64,000 nucleotides of DNA from Epiperipatus broadwayi (GCA_028023455.1 JAQFVV010000004.1:12834001-12898000), one strand, 5' to 3'. Positions 26,243 through 40,426 are shown, counted from the first letter of the stretch. Translations and numbers: made by a program. The notes: generated from the sequence alone by a model not told the origin.

Positions 26243-27670
26243 CATTATTTATATTACAGTTATCTTATAATGTTAGGAGTATAAAGGCAAACTTTTCCTA
26301 AAAGAAAAAAAATTACATCCTTGTTGCTAATTTGACTCAAGAAAAAGATAAATGGTTAAAGCAATGATATATTTTTTTCCAGATATAATAAATTACCTTT
26401 ATGACCATGATACATATGATGGATAATAGATTTAATTAGGTCTATGTGGCCAAAGTTTTATAACTACACAATCACCAATGGTAAACTAAACATATTATCT
26501 CCATTAAATACACAAATGTGCCTTTTTGCTGAGTACATATCTATTACATTTATATATTACCTAAAATGCTTGCAATCATTAATGTAAGTTTTCTAAATAT
26601 TCAAATATATACAAGCACAGAAGAGAGAGTTCCCAACTGCAAGATCTCCCTCACAAGACGCATGATTATACCTGATTATCAATGGGATACCTTTAACAGA
26701 AAAGGTATAGACAATACACTTTATTTATTAGCAGGAAATGAATTCTATGTAAGCACAAACTAGAATGGAAGCAATTAGTCCAAACATAGGAAAGACATTA
26801 GCTGTCACTCTCAGACACTTCTATCCAGGTACTTTTGCATTAATTGGATTTGGATTTATTAGCCCAGTAAACAAAAGTTATCACAATAATGTTCAACTAA
26901 AAGTTTCAGAAGAACTTTTACTAAAAATTATAATATTTTAAACTAAATGCTATACAAAACAAAAATAACGTTAAATTTTTGCAGAATAGTAAAAAAATTT
27001 CTATAAATATATCAGATGAAATTCTGAGTATAATGAATAAATTTATGAATTGAATAAGATAAGAATTGGAAAAGTGAACATCCGTAAATGAGAATCTCGT
27101 TTAAATTGCATTATCTGGCAAATCTATATATGAAGTTATTGTATTTAAAACCCTAGATAAGATAAGAGTTCTTTATCATTGATTCTATAATTATTATTGT
27201 GTTACTGTTTTTTATGTAAATGTTTTCTTTTACATGGTTTGATATATTTTTTGAATACATTTTAATAAATATCTATAAAAGAAATTGTTGAAAGGTTACT
27301 ATATATTAAGATTTTTCCCCCAAATTTTAATTTAATTTATTTTTAACAGTAGAGTCTATTCTTTCACTTGATGTCTGTCTTGCTTACCAACTAAGAATAA
27401 AAATGGTTTTATGTTTACCTAGTAAATGTAAAATATCTCTGTCTACCAAATAATCTCATATAAATTTAATATTTTTTTTCAAACATTCGTATATCTTTTT
27501 TTTGAGCTTCATCCCCTCTTTCGTATTTGAGTTTTTTTTTTTAATAAAAAACATTGTATTCTCTAATTTTTGGGAAATGCGTAAAATTAATATATTTGTA
27601 TTTTATTGGTAACTAATTGTAAGATTTGAAATACAGGCATTCTTATAACTGGAACTTAATTGTAAATATA

Positions 27671-28270
27671 GGGGATTTGAACTCAGACTTTCAAGCAACC
27701 TTCAACTATCCATACTATCTCATACTAATGATACACATGACCACACACATGTAGAAAAGATAAACAATCACCAATATACATATTTCATACAACCAGCACT
27801 CATCAGTTGGTCCAGATTATCATCTCCCATAATATATATATTCTGTGCTCAGTTTATATTAAGATAGCAAATCTTTATACTTTAATGGACAGGCTTTGAG
27901 GACAACATGGGCATAACAACAATATTGGCATCAGCATGGGATTTGAGCATTTTATCAGATTTTCAATGGTATGGATGGCTGAAGAGTTGGAGGTTGGAGT
28001 AGATTTAGGTCTGTCCATTAAAGAATAAAGATTTGCTATCTTAATATAAACTGAGCACTGATTATATATGTGTGGGGGAGATGATAATCTGGGCCACCTG
28101 ATGAGTGCTGGTTCAGTATGAAATACCAATATTGGTGATTGTTTATCTTTTGTACATGTGTGTGGTCATGTCTATCAGTAGTATGAGATAGAACACTAAA
28201 CATCACATGATCACCATCTCTTATACTGTGGATAGTTGAAGGTTACTTGAAAATCTGGGTTCATATCCCG
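27671..28270. mobile_element. Family A inverted pair with a hammerhead core in each arm
   Basis: Arms 27671-27897 and about 28008-28270; cores at 27770-27811 (-) and 28093-28136 (+). Confidence 0.85.
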
Positions 28271-30029
28271 ATATATTGGTAACTAATTGACAAATATAAA
28301 AATAAAACAATCATTATAGGAAACCAGTTTGCAATATTAAATATTTTTAATATGTTTTTCTTTTTAACACTGATTCAAAAACTATTAATAGTTGTCCTAG
28401 CAATATTTTGTCAGCAAGTTATGAAAAATTTGTATAATGGTAATGAAGAAAGTCACAATATTTTTCAACTAATTGTTTCAGTAGATACTTGTAACATCTA
28501 AATTTTTACAGAAAGTTATATTTTCACTCTATTTATTTCAATTCATTCAAATACTGTTTCTTAAAGCTATTGTTTGAACATATTTACTAATGTAGTTCAA
28601 TTTAATTGATCTATATTCTAAGTGATGGGCAACCTTTGTTTAATTCTTAATTTCTAATCTATCATGAAAATCTTTCAAAATTTTGGAATAATTCTAATTT
28701 TTTTTTTTTTTTGCTTAATTTTTATTTTTTAGTAAATTTCTAGTCTTAATTTTTCTAATCTTAATTTTAAAGAGTAAAGTGAACCATAGCCTCTTACAAG
28801 ATAATTGTACATTCTTATTTTTCTAACCAAAGATATTAAAGATTCTGCCTATGTTAATTTTATTTTTCTTTGAGTCATTATTAGTATTTTGTTAATAGTT
28901 AAAATATTAAAAGCTTAAAATTGGCATAAGCTAATTATATAAGATAATAGTTATAATATCACATAATAATTAGCACACACAGTAAGCAACAAAACACGTA
29001 TTATATAAGTAGCCAACTAAATATCACATGATTTTCTTTTTAACAGCTATATTAGTTGCATTTCTCCACTATACTCCAGAAACATCCTTTGGAGGATTAA
29101 TTACTTAGCATCCAGCTGGTGTAGCGTGAATGTAGAATGTCAACTTTATATTATCACATCTTTCAAGCTCTCTATCCTGTGCATTCAAGATTAAAGTTCT
29201 TTATAAATGCCAGGATGTATGAAGTTCTGGAACATTATATTCTGTAATTGTCTGAAAGTGAAGAAGGAAAAAAATAAAATTAGTGTTATTTCACCGATGC
29301 TTGTCAAAAATGACAAATATTTGCTCAAAGTTCTGTAACTAAATAGAAACAAACGTACGTACGTAAAGTGTCTTAATGAATTATTTACCAATTCATCAGA
29401 ATACTCTATGGAAGTAGGTTAGTTTAGTTATATTTCTATTGACGTTTTAAATAATAATTGAATAGTAAGGTTAACCATGTTAACGTTAATATTTGAATCG
29501 AGTCAATACATTGTAATGATATTATTCTAATACTAATTTCATTCTTAAATTAAAATTTTATGTATAATTTATCTATTTGTTTTTATAAATAAATTGTAAG
29601 TAGTCTATTCATGTATGCATTGTTATTTTTTTATCATTGATAAATTAAACATTGCTTTTTGTAGTTGTTATTAATTTCATTTTATTTCTTTATTCTTTTT
29701 GATCTAAATGTTGATTTTATCTCTGATAACTGAGATAGTATGTTTTTATAGTGAATCTTAGCAACTAGAATTTGTAATGTCTGTATATGGATGTATACCT
29801 TATTAGCTGTCTTCTGTAAAAGCTCAGCTCTATATTTTATGTGGTCCATGTGAAAGAAATTATTTGTTCTATAAAATAAAAGCATGATGGAGATAATTAT
29901 AGTTGTTAATTAAATGTAAATTCTATCGCTGCAGGAATAAATGAATTATTTATTAGTTATATATTTCTGTTCAGTAAATTTGATTTATATCCACGCTAAT
30001 AGACTACTTGACTAAAAACATTAACATTA

Positions 30030-30215
30030 TGTGATCACCATTTCTTATGCTTGCTTATAACTGTTATTAAAACAGGCAAAACTCTCCATACAGTATTGCC
30101 ACTAAGTGCAAGCCAGAGATAGGGATTTTATGCACAAGCCTTCTGGCATCCATGGATTACGCTGGCTTGCACTGATCGGCAATACTGTTTGGAGATTTTT
30201 CCCTGATTTAATATT
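30030..30215. repeat. Truncated family B fold-back without ribozyme
   Basis: Family B tail on + preceded by an inverted copy of its 3' part. Confidence 0.65.
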
Positions 30216-30563
30216 ATTAACATTAATAGGAATATTGCTTAATCTGTATATAAATTTGTGTATGTATGCACTGCCAAATTTTTAAACTGCAATTCTGTTA
30301 TTAATTATATAGAAGAAAGTAGTAATGATCCTTGAGATAATGATGTAAAGACATCAGAATTTGAATTCCGAATGGCTAGCTAATACAGTGATTATTTTAC
30401 AAAATATATTGGAAGAATTTTTTTACTAACACAAATTTTAGCTTTAATGGGATCATGATCAGAAAACAATTCATGCATTGTAGAAATCTTCAGGTAATAT
30501 ATAAAATGACACACTATATTTATCATCACTAATCATCATGCATGTACAAATATATATAATATG

Positions 30564-31070
30564 TGTTATAGTTCTCCTTTCCCTCAGAAATGGACTGTTC
30601 CAGATTCCTTTTTTATCTGATCAGATTAATCATTGTTTGCTGCCGGCCAATAGGCTGATGTACAACTAAACAAATAGCCAATGATTAGTACAGGCCAGTA
30701 AGCAGTGATGATCACTGAATCTGAATGCTTGAGTGAGTTCAGGAATCTGGCTATAAATGGTCAGGTTTTTTGGAAGAAAGACTAGAGAACGTCTGTCTAA
30801 TCTACAAAGACGGTTTGCATTCTCCAGGAGAAGCCCTGCTAACCTAAATAGCAGTAAGCATTCTTAAGATAGCAATACGCTATTTGTCCACACAGCTAGG
30901 CAAGTCTGCATAAGGACTGGATGCTGCTAAGACTACTGCAGACTCAAGGCAAGCTGTCTGGTACTGCCGGAAGAGTCGTTCTCCCTACCTGTGAGGCAAG
31001 CTATCAGGTGTAGCTGGAAATGGTAGATTGTTAAGTCTTGGATCCAAGAATCCACAATAGAACTATATTA
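30564..31070 (+). mobile_element. Probable solo LTR with CCAAT/CCAAT/TATA promoter layout
   Basis: TGTTATAGTTCT...AGAACTATA(tta) termini; CCAAT at 30647 and 30678; TATAAA at 30752; no TSD found. Confidence 0.5.
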
Positions 31071-31389
31071 TTCTCTATTAGATATATATATATGTAAATA
31101 TAATAAATTTTATATTAATTATAATACTGGTGCCAGTATTGTTTTCTGTAGGTTGGGTCTGTAATCCAGAACAAACACAACAATATGCATGAAAAATATC
31201 TAGAAATAGTAGAAAAAAGAAAGTAAATTAGAATTGTAATAAATAATAAAGGACACTCACTACCAGTGAATTTTATACATAATTGGAGGATTTTTTGGGA
31301 ACAACTGGCAAGAAGTGAAAATAAATTTGACCTAATTTTAAAGAGGAAGTAATTACATATGGAATACAATTGAAAGATTAAAGAAACAT

Positions 31390-34300
31390 GGGAAAGACCA
31401 TGCTCATCATCATTTTTAATTATTGATCTAATGCAAGATGAAAATCCCTCAATGTTTAATCCAGTATTTCCAATCTTTAGCCTTTTTTCCCCACATCACT
31501 CCAGTACACTATCTTATTTCATCCATTCACCTCACATGTGGTCTCTTTCTAGGTCTTTTACAATCTCTTGGAATCTGTTTTAAGATTTCAACTGCCCATA
31601 TATTATTTCTTCCAGTAATACATCCAGCCCTGTTCTATTTATGCTTCTTCATTCTTTCAATGATGTCAGTAATAGCTCCTTATTCTCTCAATTATGTATT
31701 TCATTTTCAATCCCTTTTTATTATTTTTAACATACTTTTCTTCATACTTTGTTGATCAGTCTGATGTCTATATTCTTTTATAAAGTTCCCAAGTCTTAGT
31801 GCCATAAGTAAGAAATTATAAAACACATTTATTAAAAAACCTTTTCTTTTCTAACACATGGACGTATTTCCTTTTAATATTAAATTATTTTTATTAAAAG
31901 CTCTCCATCCATTATATTTTCATCTACATTAATAATATGACCAAGGTATTTGTAATTATTAACTTCTTCATTTTTATCAATATTTATTTTCTTCTTCTGA
32001 GAAAATATGTAGAATATTACTTTTTTTTCTCAAAAGTAACCTTTATTAGTTAAAAGATTACAAAATTTTTCGGGTACACTTACCTGTTGAGGATTACAAA
32101 GTGTTTAATGTTACATGATAAAACAATTATTGACCAGGTTTATATAAAGTGCATATGCTCGATAACAATTATATCCATAAAAGGGTTACTATAATTTTGA
32201 TTAATGTGTATCTGTGCATGGATAATAAACTCTTGACTCGCAGCCGAGCCATGTCAAGACCATCATAGGTACCTCTTTCTCCCAATTAACAGTCCAAATG
32301 TGCAGGGACCAAATTCGGTCTACCTGCCCAAAATTGGAAAGCCAACTAGGAAAAAATTAACAAGCACAGATCTGCACTGCCCAAAACCAACCTATTAAGG
32401 GCACAGTAGCCGACCTGAGCAAGAATGGCACTGAGACTTGACCAGGTACCCTCCTGGCAGGTTTTCCAGGTAGCGGCAATAAATTGTCAACAGACTGCAC
32501 CAATAAACCAGGCCCCTAATGATTGCCACCACCTCTGAGGAAGAAAAGAGGAGTGCAGACCCATGCCTGCAAAATTATTGCAGCAAAAATTACTTTAGTC
32601 CTATTTTATTACTTTCATCTGATAATTTTTGTGACATTTCCTGAAACTTTGAAGCACTAATTGAGAAAACAATAACTTCATCTGCAAAATATACATTATG
32701 TAAATAATTTCCATATACTTTCATTCTTTTAGTTTTCTGTTTTATTGCACAAAATACTTGTTGTAAAACTGGTGTAAGATGTTTTTGTGATATGGAATTA
32801 CCTTGTCATACATCCTTCTCAGGATGACACAATGCTTTAATCACTGTAGAAATGCTTTAAATAGTGTCTTTTCATAATCTACAATTCAAAGCATAATGGG
32901 AACTCACATTTACTGGTCTGTTCTATAACCTCCCTTCAATATTTGAATGTGATCCACTGTATTAAAATTACTTTTAAAACCAAGTTGTTCTTTGGATTTG
33001 TTTGAATTAAAGTTCACTATAAACAAGTTATAATTATCATTATAAAGATTTTATATAGAACTGATAGAAAACTAATAAGTCATAATTTCTAATATCTTTT
33101 TATTGCCTTTTTTAAATATCAATATTGCCACTACATTCTTCCAATCATCTGTACATCTTTGTTATTAAGCTATTCGGTATATAACTTTATTAATAGCTTT
33201 TTTATTTATTTCTCTACTTCTTTTAAAATAGTGACTATAATTCCATTATTGCGTGGAGTTTTTCCCTTCTTAGATTTGATTGCATGTCTCATTTCTTCGT
33301 TTAGAGAATACTTTGTTTTCTTGTTCTTTATTATTATATAATTCTTTATACTACTCTTCCAATACATTTCATGATGTCATCAATAATAGTTTCATATTTT
33401 CTTCTTTTTGCAGAAATAAGTTTTCTACCACTACTTTTGATGCTTTTATTATCTTCTCTAGCTTTTACAAAGGCTAAAGTCTCTATGCAGTAGCACCACC
33501 ATTACAAGCCAGAGTAATCGATGGAGACAATAAGGATTTTGCATAAAATCCCTATCTAGTGCCTACTCATCGAATATCCCCAGACTAGTTTCTAACTTGT
33601 GACTTTCATCAGTGAGGAATCTAGAAACTAGTCTGGGAATATTGGATGAGTAGACACTAGATAGGGATTTTATGCAAAAACCTTCTTGCATTCATTGATT
33701 TCTTTGGTTTGCATTAGTGGTGCTACTGTATGGAGAGTTTAGCTCATGTGTAAACAGTTTGTATAAGCATAAGAAATGGTGATCATGTGATGTTTAATAG
33801 TTTCGTTGTTAGTTCACAATTATATTTTGTTATATTATTATTAACTCTTTTTTGTATCATTTTGAAAACTCCAGACATTCAATTCTTCATAATGATTCAT
33901 TTTTATATATTTACATATTCTTTATTTTCTTCATACACTATCTTGTCTCAGTAGAAAATTTACTGATAAATTGCTGCTTTTTTTTATATCAGCTAACTTT
34001 GTTGCTGCAACTTCTTAATAGTGTATCAGTTATCTTCCTATTAATTTCATTCAAATCTGCAACTGTTTTCAAGATATGTTAATATTTCCAAAATGATTTG
34101 GTAGTTCTATTTTAAATTCATTTTAGTTTCTGAAGGTTAGGAATATCAAGGGTGAATACTGTTTTTTCTTAATGATTTTTGTCACTCAAGTTTTGCATTG
34201 ACACTTATCTAACATCTCACTAATCGATGATCATTCCCTGTGATGAATCTATTAAAAGCATTGCAATCTTGAAATACATATTTTTTGCTAGTCAAAATGT

Positions 34301-35060
34301 AAACCAATTCTGAGCTACCATTATTTGGATGATTCCATGTCTATTTCCATTTAGCATATTTCTCAATGAAATAATTCATAATTTAAAGTTTTACTTTTTT
34401 TGAAAACTCAAAGTCTAGGTTCTTTCTATTTTGGTCACCATAACCAAATTTACCAATAGCACTTTTATATTTTAATTGTTTGCCAATTCTATTATTAAAA
34501 TCTCCCTTGACAATTTAAAAATGTTGTTTGGTCTGACAAAAAACATTCATTTTTATAAAAATTCTCTAATACTTCAATACAATGAGAACTTGTTAGGAAA
34601 TACACCTGAATTATCTACATTTAATATATTCTTCATTAAGTTGAGCACCTAATTTTATCTATCTGGGTGATATATTATCAATATTTACAATGTTGTTTTT
34701 CCACTTTTTATCTACATTGAATTCTATTCCACGTATGCTTTCCAATATTTGTATCTTTGTAGTAAAATACATGTTCACATTTTAAATCAATTGTCTCTTT
34801 AGTCTTTCTTCTAATTTCAAAGTCCAATAATGTTCCATTTAATATTAAATAATTCTTCCAATTTTGTGCAAACTTTTTACATTTGAAAATGATCTGCAGT
34901 TCTAGGACCCAAATAAAAGATTATTATTCAATGGCAGCTTGGGTTCACAATCAGGGAAATTTTATCACTCTTTGCCTTTGATGACCAAATGCTACTTTGG
35001 CTGATGACTTCATAGCTTCCTGGGAATAAGGACCATAATTTAGTTTTCTCTGCCATTATT
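31390..35060 (-). mobile_element. Fragmented RTE LINE (APE endonuclease and RT), interrupted by later insertions
   Basis: GDFNNRIG (APE) near 34500; GNSISQKHLTPVLQQ region near 32780; KVFNKCVL..LTYG..TW near 31800. Confidence 0.75.
33468..33800. mobile_element. Family B fold-back; hammerhead on - at 33578-33617
   Basis: Inversion junction at about 33620, immediately 5' of the core; right arm starts at CTAGAAACTAGTC. Confidence 0.85.
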
Positions 35061-35915
35061 GTAAATATCTATTTTTTAAAAAAATTTCAATAACTCATAC
35101 ATTTATTCTGCCTTCAAATGAACTATCAGGCAACTGAGAAGAAAGACAATCATGTTTCTTGATCGTAAACTCAGAAGTGAAAAGCCAATAAACTCATCAC
35201 GTGGCTGATATATGTTGGTGAGCAGCCTATCCATGTTCCCTATACTATATAAATTGTTGCTTATGAATAACAGCTGCAATGAGACATGAATTTATAGAAA
35301 TGACATTAGGAATTTATCCTACTAGAATCCTTTAAGATCTCAAAGAGGAATTAAAAGGTTACTTTTTAATTAACAGCAAACTCCTTCCTACCCCCATGGG
35401 GAGGATAATTCCTAAAATTATCATGTTCATAATAAAAATTAATCAAAATGTCGTCGAGATAAATATGCAAAAATATAGTATAACTATTTTATTCTGAAGA
35501 ACTATAAATAATTGAATAAATAATATGGCTTTATTCTGTAATTTAATTGAATGAAAGATTATGTAACATCATAATTTATTAAAATTGTTTTAATTTGGAA
35601 TTTATTAAAATTGTTTTGTTGCTATATCCGTAATTTTCAACTGCTTTTTTTTCTATTTTTTAGAATTAACTGAGTAAAACGTTTTTTATCATATAAATAC
35701 TAATATTATATACTTCAGAGTTTTAATAATATTTTCCAATACACACAATTTTCTAAAAATCCTCTATTAACATACATTTGCTATTTAACCAATTCTTCCC
35801 TAGATGGCGTTCTAAATTTATTAATGTGGATCACTTTAGCAGATATGACACTTTTGTTCTAATCAAAATTATTTATTTAATTTAAATATTTTGGTCATAA
35901 TTAATATGATTCATT

Positions 35916-35921
35916 ATGCCG
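35916..35921 (+). CDS. TMEM208: TMEM208 coding exon 1 (ATG CCG, then gtaagt)
   Basis: Two-codon phase-0 exon like human exon 1 (MA); joins to give MPPQKGK; lies in a CpG-richer region. Confidence 0.6.
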
Positions 35922-37029
35922 GTAAGTTTTTTTTTTAATAAAACACACCAATTTTTATTCTATAGCTTTCAGAAAAATATCAATTAAAGCCTATTTCATA
36001 ATTTGGTGCATAAAACATATCCTGTGCAGGTGCTTGTTTTACCTGCAGTAAACAGTAACTGTGCAAGCACGAAAATCGTAATAAATAAACACCTACGGTG
36101 CACTTTAATGCTAATTGGTATATTTTTTGTACTTATTACTGAAATTATATCTTACATTAGAATTATACTGTCAACGTTAATAAAACATAAATAACGTTAT
36201 TGTTAAATTAGTATTTGTGCTATTTCATATCGTATACTCCTATCATTTTTTTTTTTATTTCCCTATTTTAATTACTGTAAATATTAACTTGAATTTACAA
36301 ATTTTCTGATATTTAAATTATTTTAATATTTGTATAATAAATAATTTATGAAGGAAAAAATTCAGAATATTTTGATTATTAATTACATTTTACACCTGTT
36401 CGAAATTAATTTTTTTAAAAAGTGAACTTAATATTCCATGCAATTAACTGAAAATTAGTTAATTTCATAGGTGGTTAAAAGTGTAAATGAAAGACTGAAG
36501 GCCGGTAAGTGGTGTGTTTAAAAATGCAGCATATGTTCGAATAGTATTTTTTGCACAATACAAATTACATATTTGCTGGCAAGCCGCACCCATGTGACTG
36601 GATTTTTTTTTTTTTTTAATAGCAGTTTATTTATTTGATTATTATTATGCCTAAATTATATAATCAAAATTACTTTATTTTTAAAACTAATATGAAATAA
36701 AGAAAGCTGTAACATTTAAATAGGCATTTTAATACTTAATTATCATAGAACCATATCTAACTAGCAATCCTGTGTATTATATTTTATGCAGTGTCCAATA
36801 GTAAACAAACTCTTTAATAGTATGTGCCTTATATTTATCACCACATATACTGAAATAAAAGATCACCATATAATCACACCAATATAATACTTGAGAACCC
36901 GAAATCTTTTATTCACTCATTTTGGGATACTTGGTAAAATTAAAAATTGATATTAGTAGCCTTATGTATTTTCAAAAATTTTTATTGAAACACACAGGCT
37001 TATTATAACACCTGAGTTTATATATGTAT

Positions 37030-37500
37030 TATATAGGGTATATGAGCACAGACTTTCACATGATCCACCACTCTCCACACTATCTCATAACACTGATACA
37101 CTTGAACACATATGTTGAAAAATAAATAATCACCAAAATACGTATTTCATGCTAAACCAGCAATCATCGGTCCAGATTACCATCTCTACACAAATATGCT
37201 ATAAGTGCTCAGATATATATTAAGATAGCCAATCCTCCTACTTTAATGGACAGGCTTCAATCTACTCCAAGCCTGTCCATTAAAGTAGGAGGATTGGCTA
37301 TCTTAATATATATCTGAGCACTTACAGCATATTTGTGTAGAGATGGTAATCTGGACCAACTGATGATTGCTGGTTTAGCATGAAATATGTATATTGGTGA
37401 TTATTTATCTTTTCAACATATATGTGTTCAAGTGTATCTGTGTTATGAGATAGTGTGGAGAGCGGTAGGTCTTGTGAAAGTCTGTGCTCATATACCCTAT
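37030..37500. mobile_element. Family A near-perfect hairpin (arms of about 225 bp, 11-nt spacer) in TMEM208 intron 1
   Basis: Spacer caatctactcc at about 37258-37268; + arm hammerhead at 37355-37398. Confidence 0.9.
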
Positions 37501-40229
37501 ATAAAACTTTTTATTCAAAGTTTATTTAGAAAACCAATCTACATAAAAATACTAAACTTCATCAACTCAAAATATTAACCAAAAAGAGAGTATATTATAA
37601 GCATTTGACATGTAAATTTTCTAAATGCTTCTACTGTCATAATTTTTTTTTTTTGTTCTTAGCAGTGAATTCACTTACTTTCTAAATATTGAATAACCAA
37701 TTAGATTTGTAATGTTAATCTGTTCAACATAAGTAATTTATCAAATATTTTTGCTACGAACAACAAACATTTTAAAATTTTGAAAGAATTCTAGCATTAT
37801 TTTTAGAATCTGAAATAATACTGTGTATATAAAATTAAAATTCAAATCAGCTTAAAAAGTTCATATAAGGCTAGTGTTTCTCCAGTGAACTAGTCCTGGA
37901 GAAGATATTCATTGGCTAGTCAACTACCATATATATATATGCACAGTATGAATTTATGTATATTTCTTTACCTTATGACAGTGTATACCTATATACTAAA
38001 CAGTGCTTGGATGGCGGACTGGGATGATTATGCATTAGCCACATGCAAAAATATATATATATGCTTGTTTGGAAATTGTCAACTATGTAGAAAAAAATCT
38101 GAATTCCACTTGGATTTTAACCCCGACCCATTGTCATAGTAAACAGATACTCATTCTCCTATTTTATGAGGCTTTGAATTAAACATAAATGCTTTATTGA
38201 TTTGGCAACATTAATCCCTAAAATCTTTCAAATTTTACCTTCTTAAGTAATTTTTATGTGATCATCAACATAAGAAAACTTCAATGTCCATGGCATTGTA
38301 ATCTTCCAACTCAATTGATAGTGATTTTTATAAAAATATTTTTTTCAATGTTAATTCAAATTAACAAACTTAGTCTAGTAATGTTAAAGAAAACTGAGGA
38401 TTTGGGTTTTAAAGACTATATATCTACTAAAATTAGAGTTATTATTTAATTTTATGATCCTTCATGCTGAATTATCTTTATCTTATCTTAAGTTTTACTT
38501 TGGGTTGCTTATTTAATCCCTCTTAATCAATTCAGAACCGTTTTATAAAACTGAGATTATCTAGATCAATAAATAGATTGGATTTAATAGAATCAAAATT
38601 GTCTTCAGATTTTATGAAAATAAAATGTCTCTTGAAGTCTTTATAATCATTTTATCGTCTGGTCCAATTTTTTTCTGTAATTGTCTTTTTGTATATGAAA
38701 ATAAAAAGATTAACTTATCTCTACATCACCTAAAAGTTAAATTATCATCAATTGGTAAATAAGTTGCCTCCTTTTTGTGACTTGTTTAGTTTAATTTTAA
38801 AAAGCCTTTTAAGACAACTCAAGTTACAAGACGAATTAGGTTTTTTTTTTTTTCAGATTGTCTACCCACAACCAAAACAGCTTACCATCCAGTATTGATC
38901 AGTAAATAGATATCTAGTTATTTTATTCCAGTAGTAAACATCCTAGATTAATCTGTATTGATTAAATAAGTGTTGATGTGCTGACTATAAAAACAAACAA
39001 TACAATTTTAGTATGATATGGTTATCACTATTGCGGAAGTATGACATATTCCTACAGGTACTTTAATCCATGATTTATCTTTGAGATAGATGAGAGATTT
39101 ATACTTGAAGGTAAGAACTTTTATTATTAGAAAATTAATTAGCTTCTTTCGATTTTGTCTAAATTCAAGCATTATTTTGATAGCACAGAATGCTGTTAAA
39201 TGGTGGCCAGTAATTTCATCAGTAATCTTACTATACAAATTATGATTAGAAACATATCTAGAAATAAAATTGCTATTCCTTTTATTTTATCTTTTAATTG
39301 TATGTTTGTTTTTGAAAGTGAAAGAATGAATTAGTACTTTGTTGAAAATGAATTCTGATAGTCTCCATTAAGGAATTGGAAATTTATCTCTAAAGCATTT
39401 CAAGAACTTTTATGTTTTCACTTTACATATATTTTTTATAAAATATTTCATAACATTGACTGCTTTTACTTGTTTATATGATAAAAAACAATGTTATAAT
39501 TAGGCAATGACATTTGATTATCAATGGTTTTATCATTTTAATTTAGAACTTAATTATTTTGATTCAGAATAGTATAGCTCGTAGATTGAATGGAGGATCT
39601 GTTCTTTATATCTATCTTAAATTGCTTGATGATATTAATTCTGAAATAATTTATGAGCATTAGAAGTAGTTCACATTGGATCAGAATTCAGATGCTTACC
39701 TATTTATCATATCAGTTATTTTTTTTATAAGCAAAACTAGTAAATGTAAAACTTCAGTCCTCATATATGTCTTACTATGCTTAGGAAATTGTGATCTTGT
39801 AGTGGTCTAGAAATTTTTACTGATTAGTTGCAAAATATTTATATTATTTTTAGACTTTTAAGAAATTATTACATGTATAAGAAAACAGTTGGCGTATTTT
39901 TATTTTTTTATATTGATGAGTATACATGGTAATATTTTCATATATATTCTGCAAAATATATTGACTAATTCTATTTATTAATGATGATAGCAGTGGTTGC
40001 CATTTATTATATGTATTTGTGATTAAAACTATTTATAAATACACCAGCAGGGCCTAAAAGGTATGATGAATTTGAAAATGTAACAACTATTTTGATTAAC
40101 AGTTAGTTGAATTAGAAAATAGAGAAAAATATGAAAAAAACTTAGGGTGGGAAAGGCAAAGGAAGGCGATTAACAGGTTTCTCTGGCATAATGGCTGAGA
40201 TTCTTGGCTTCGATAAAGGAGTAGCTACA

Positions 40230-40425
40230 TCATATATTCTTATTGAATAACTAATCTTGCCACTCTGTCTGATACATCATTAATCTCCATTTGTATTTCC
40301 AATGTTTGTGCCTTACTGTAGTATAGTACATATCTACTTTTTAAATAAATCGTCTCTTCATCTTTTTTACTAACTTTCCAAAGTTCAATAATGTCCCACT
40401 TAGTATTAGACAGTTCTTGCAATCA
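40230..40425 (-). mobile_element. RTE APE endonuclease fragment
   Basis: ELSNTKWDIIEL..V.KKDEETIYLKS..VLYY is a typical RTE ORF2 N-terminus. Confidence 0.65.
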
Positions 40426-40426
40426 A

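Noticed and set aside
27671-27695. B-box-like GAGTTCAAATCCCC at the 3' end of some family A copies as a Pol III promoter
   Set aside because: Not conserved in the 3143 and 37035 copies, no properly spaced A-box, and it points out of the element.
29030-29253. TAA/TAG-to-Gln reassignment suggested by frames broken only by TAA/TAG
   Set aside because: TAA/TAG excess is expected in AT-rich DNA, TMEM208 uses CAA/CAG, and no such nuclear code is known in animals.
32200-32560. GC-richer island inside the RTE as a gene fragment
   Set aside because: All frames I read are interrupted and no motif is recognised; probably another TE fragment.
35802-35809. AGATGGCG as the TMEM208 start codon
   Set aside because: Followed by an in-frame stop with no good donor; more likely a YY1-like promoter motif.
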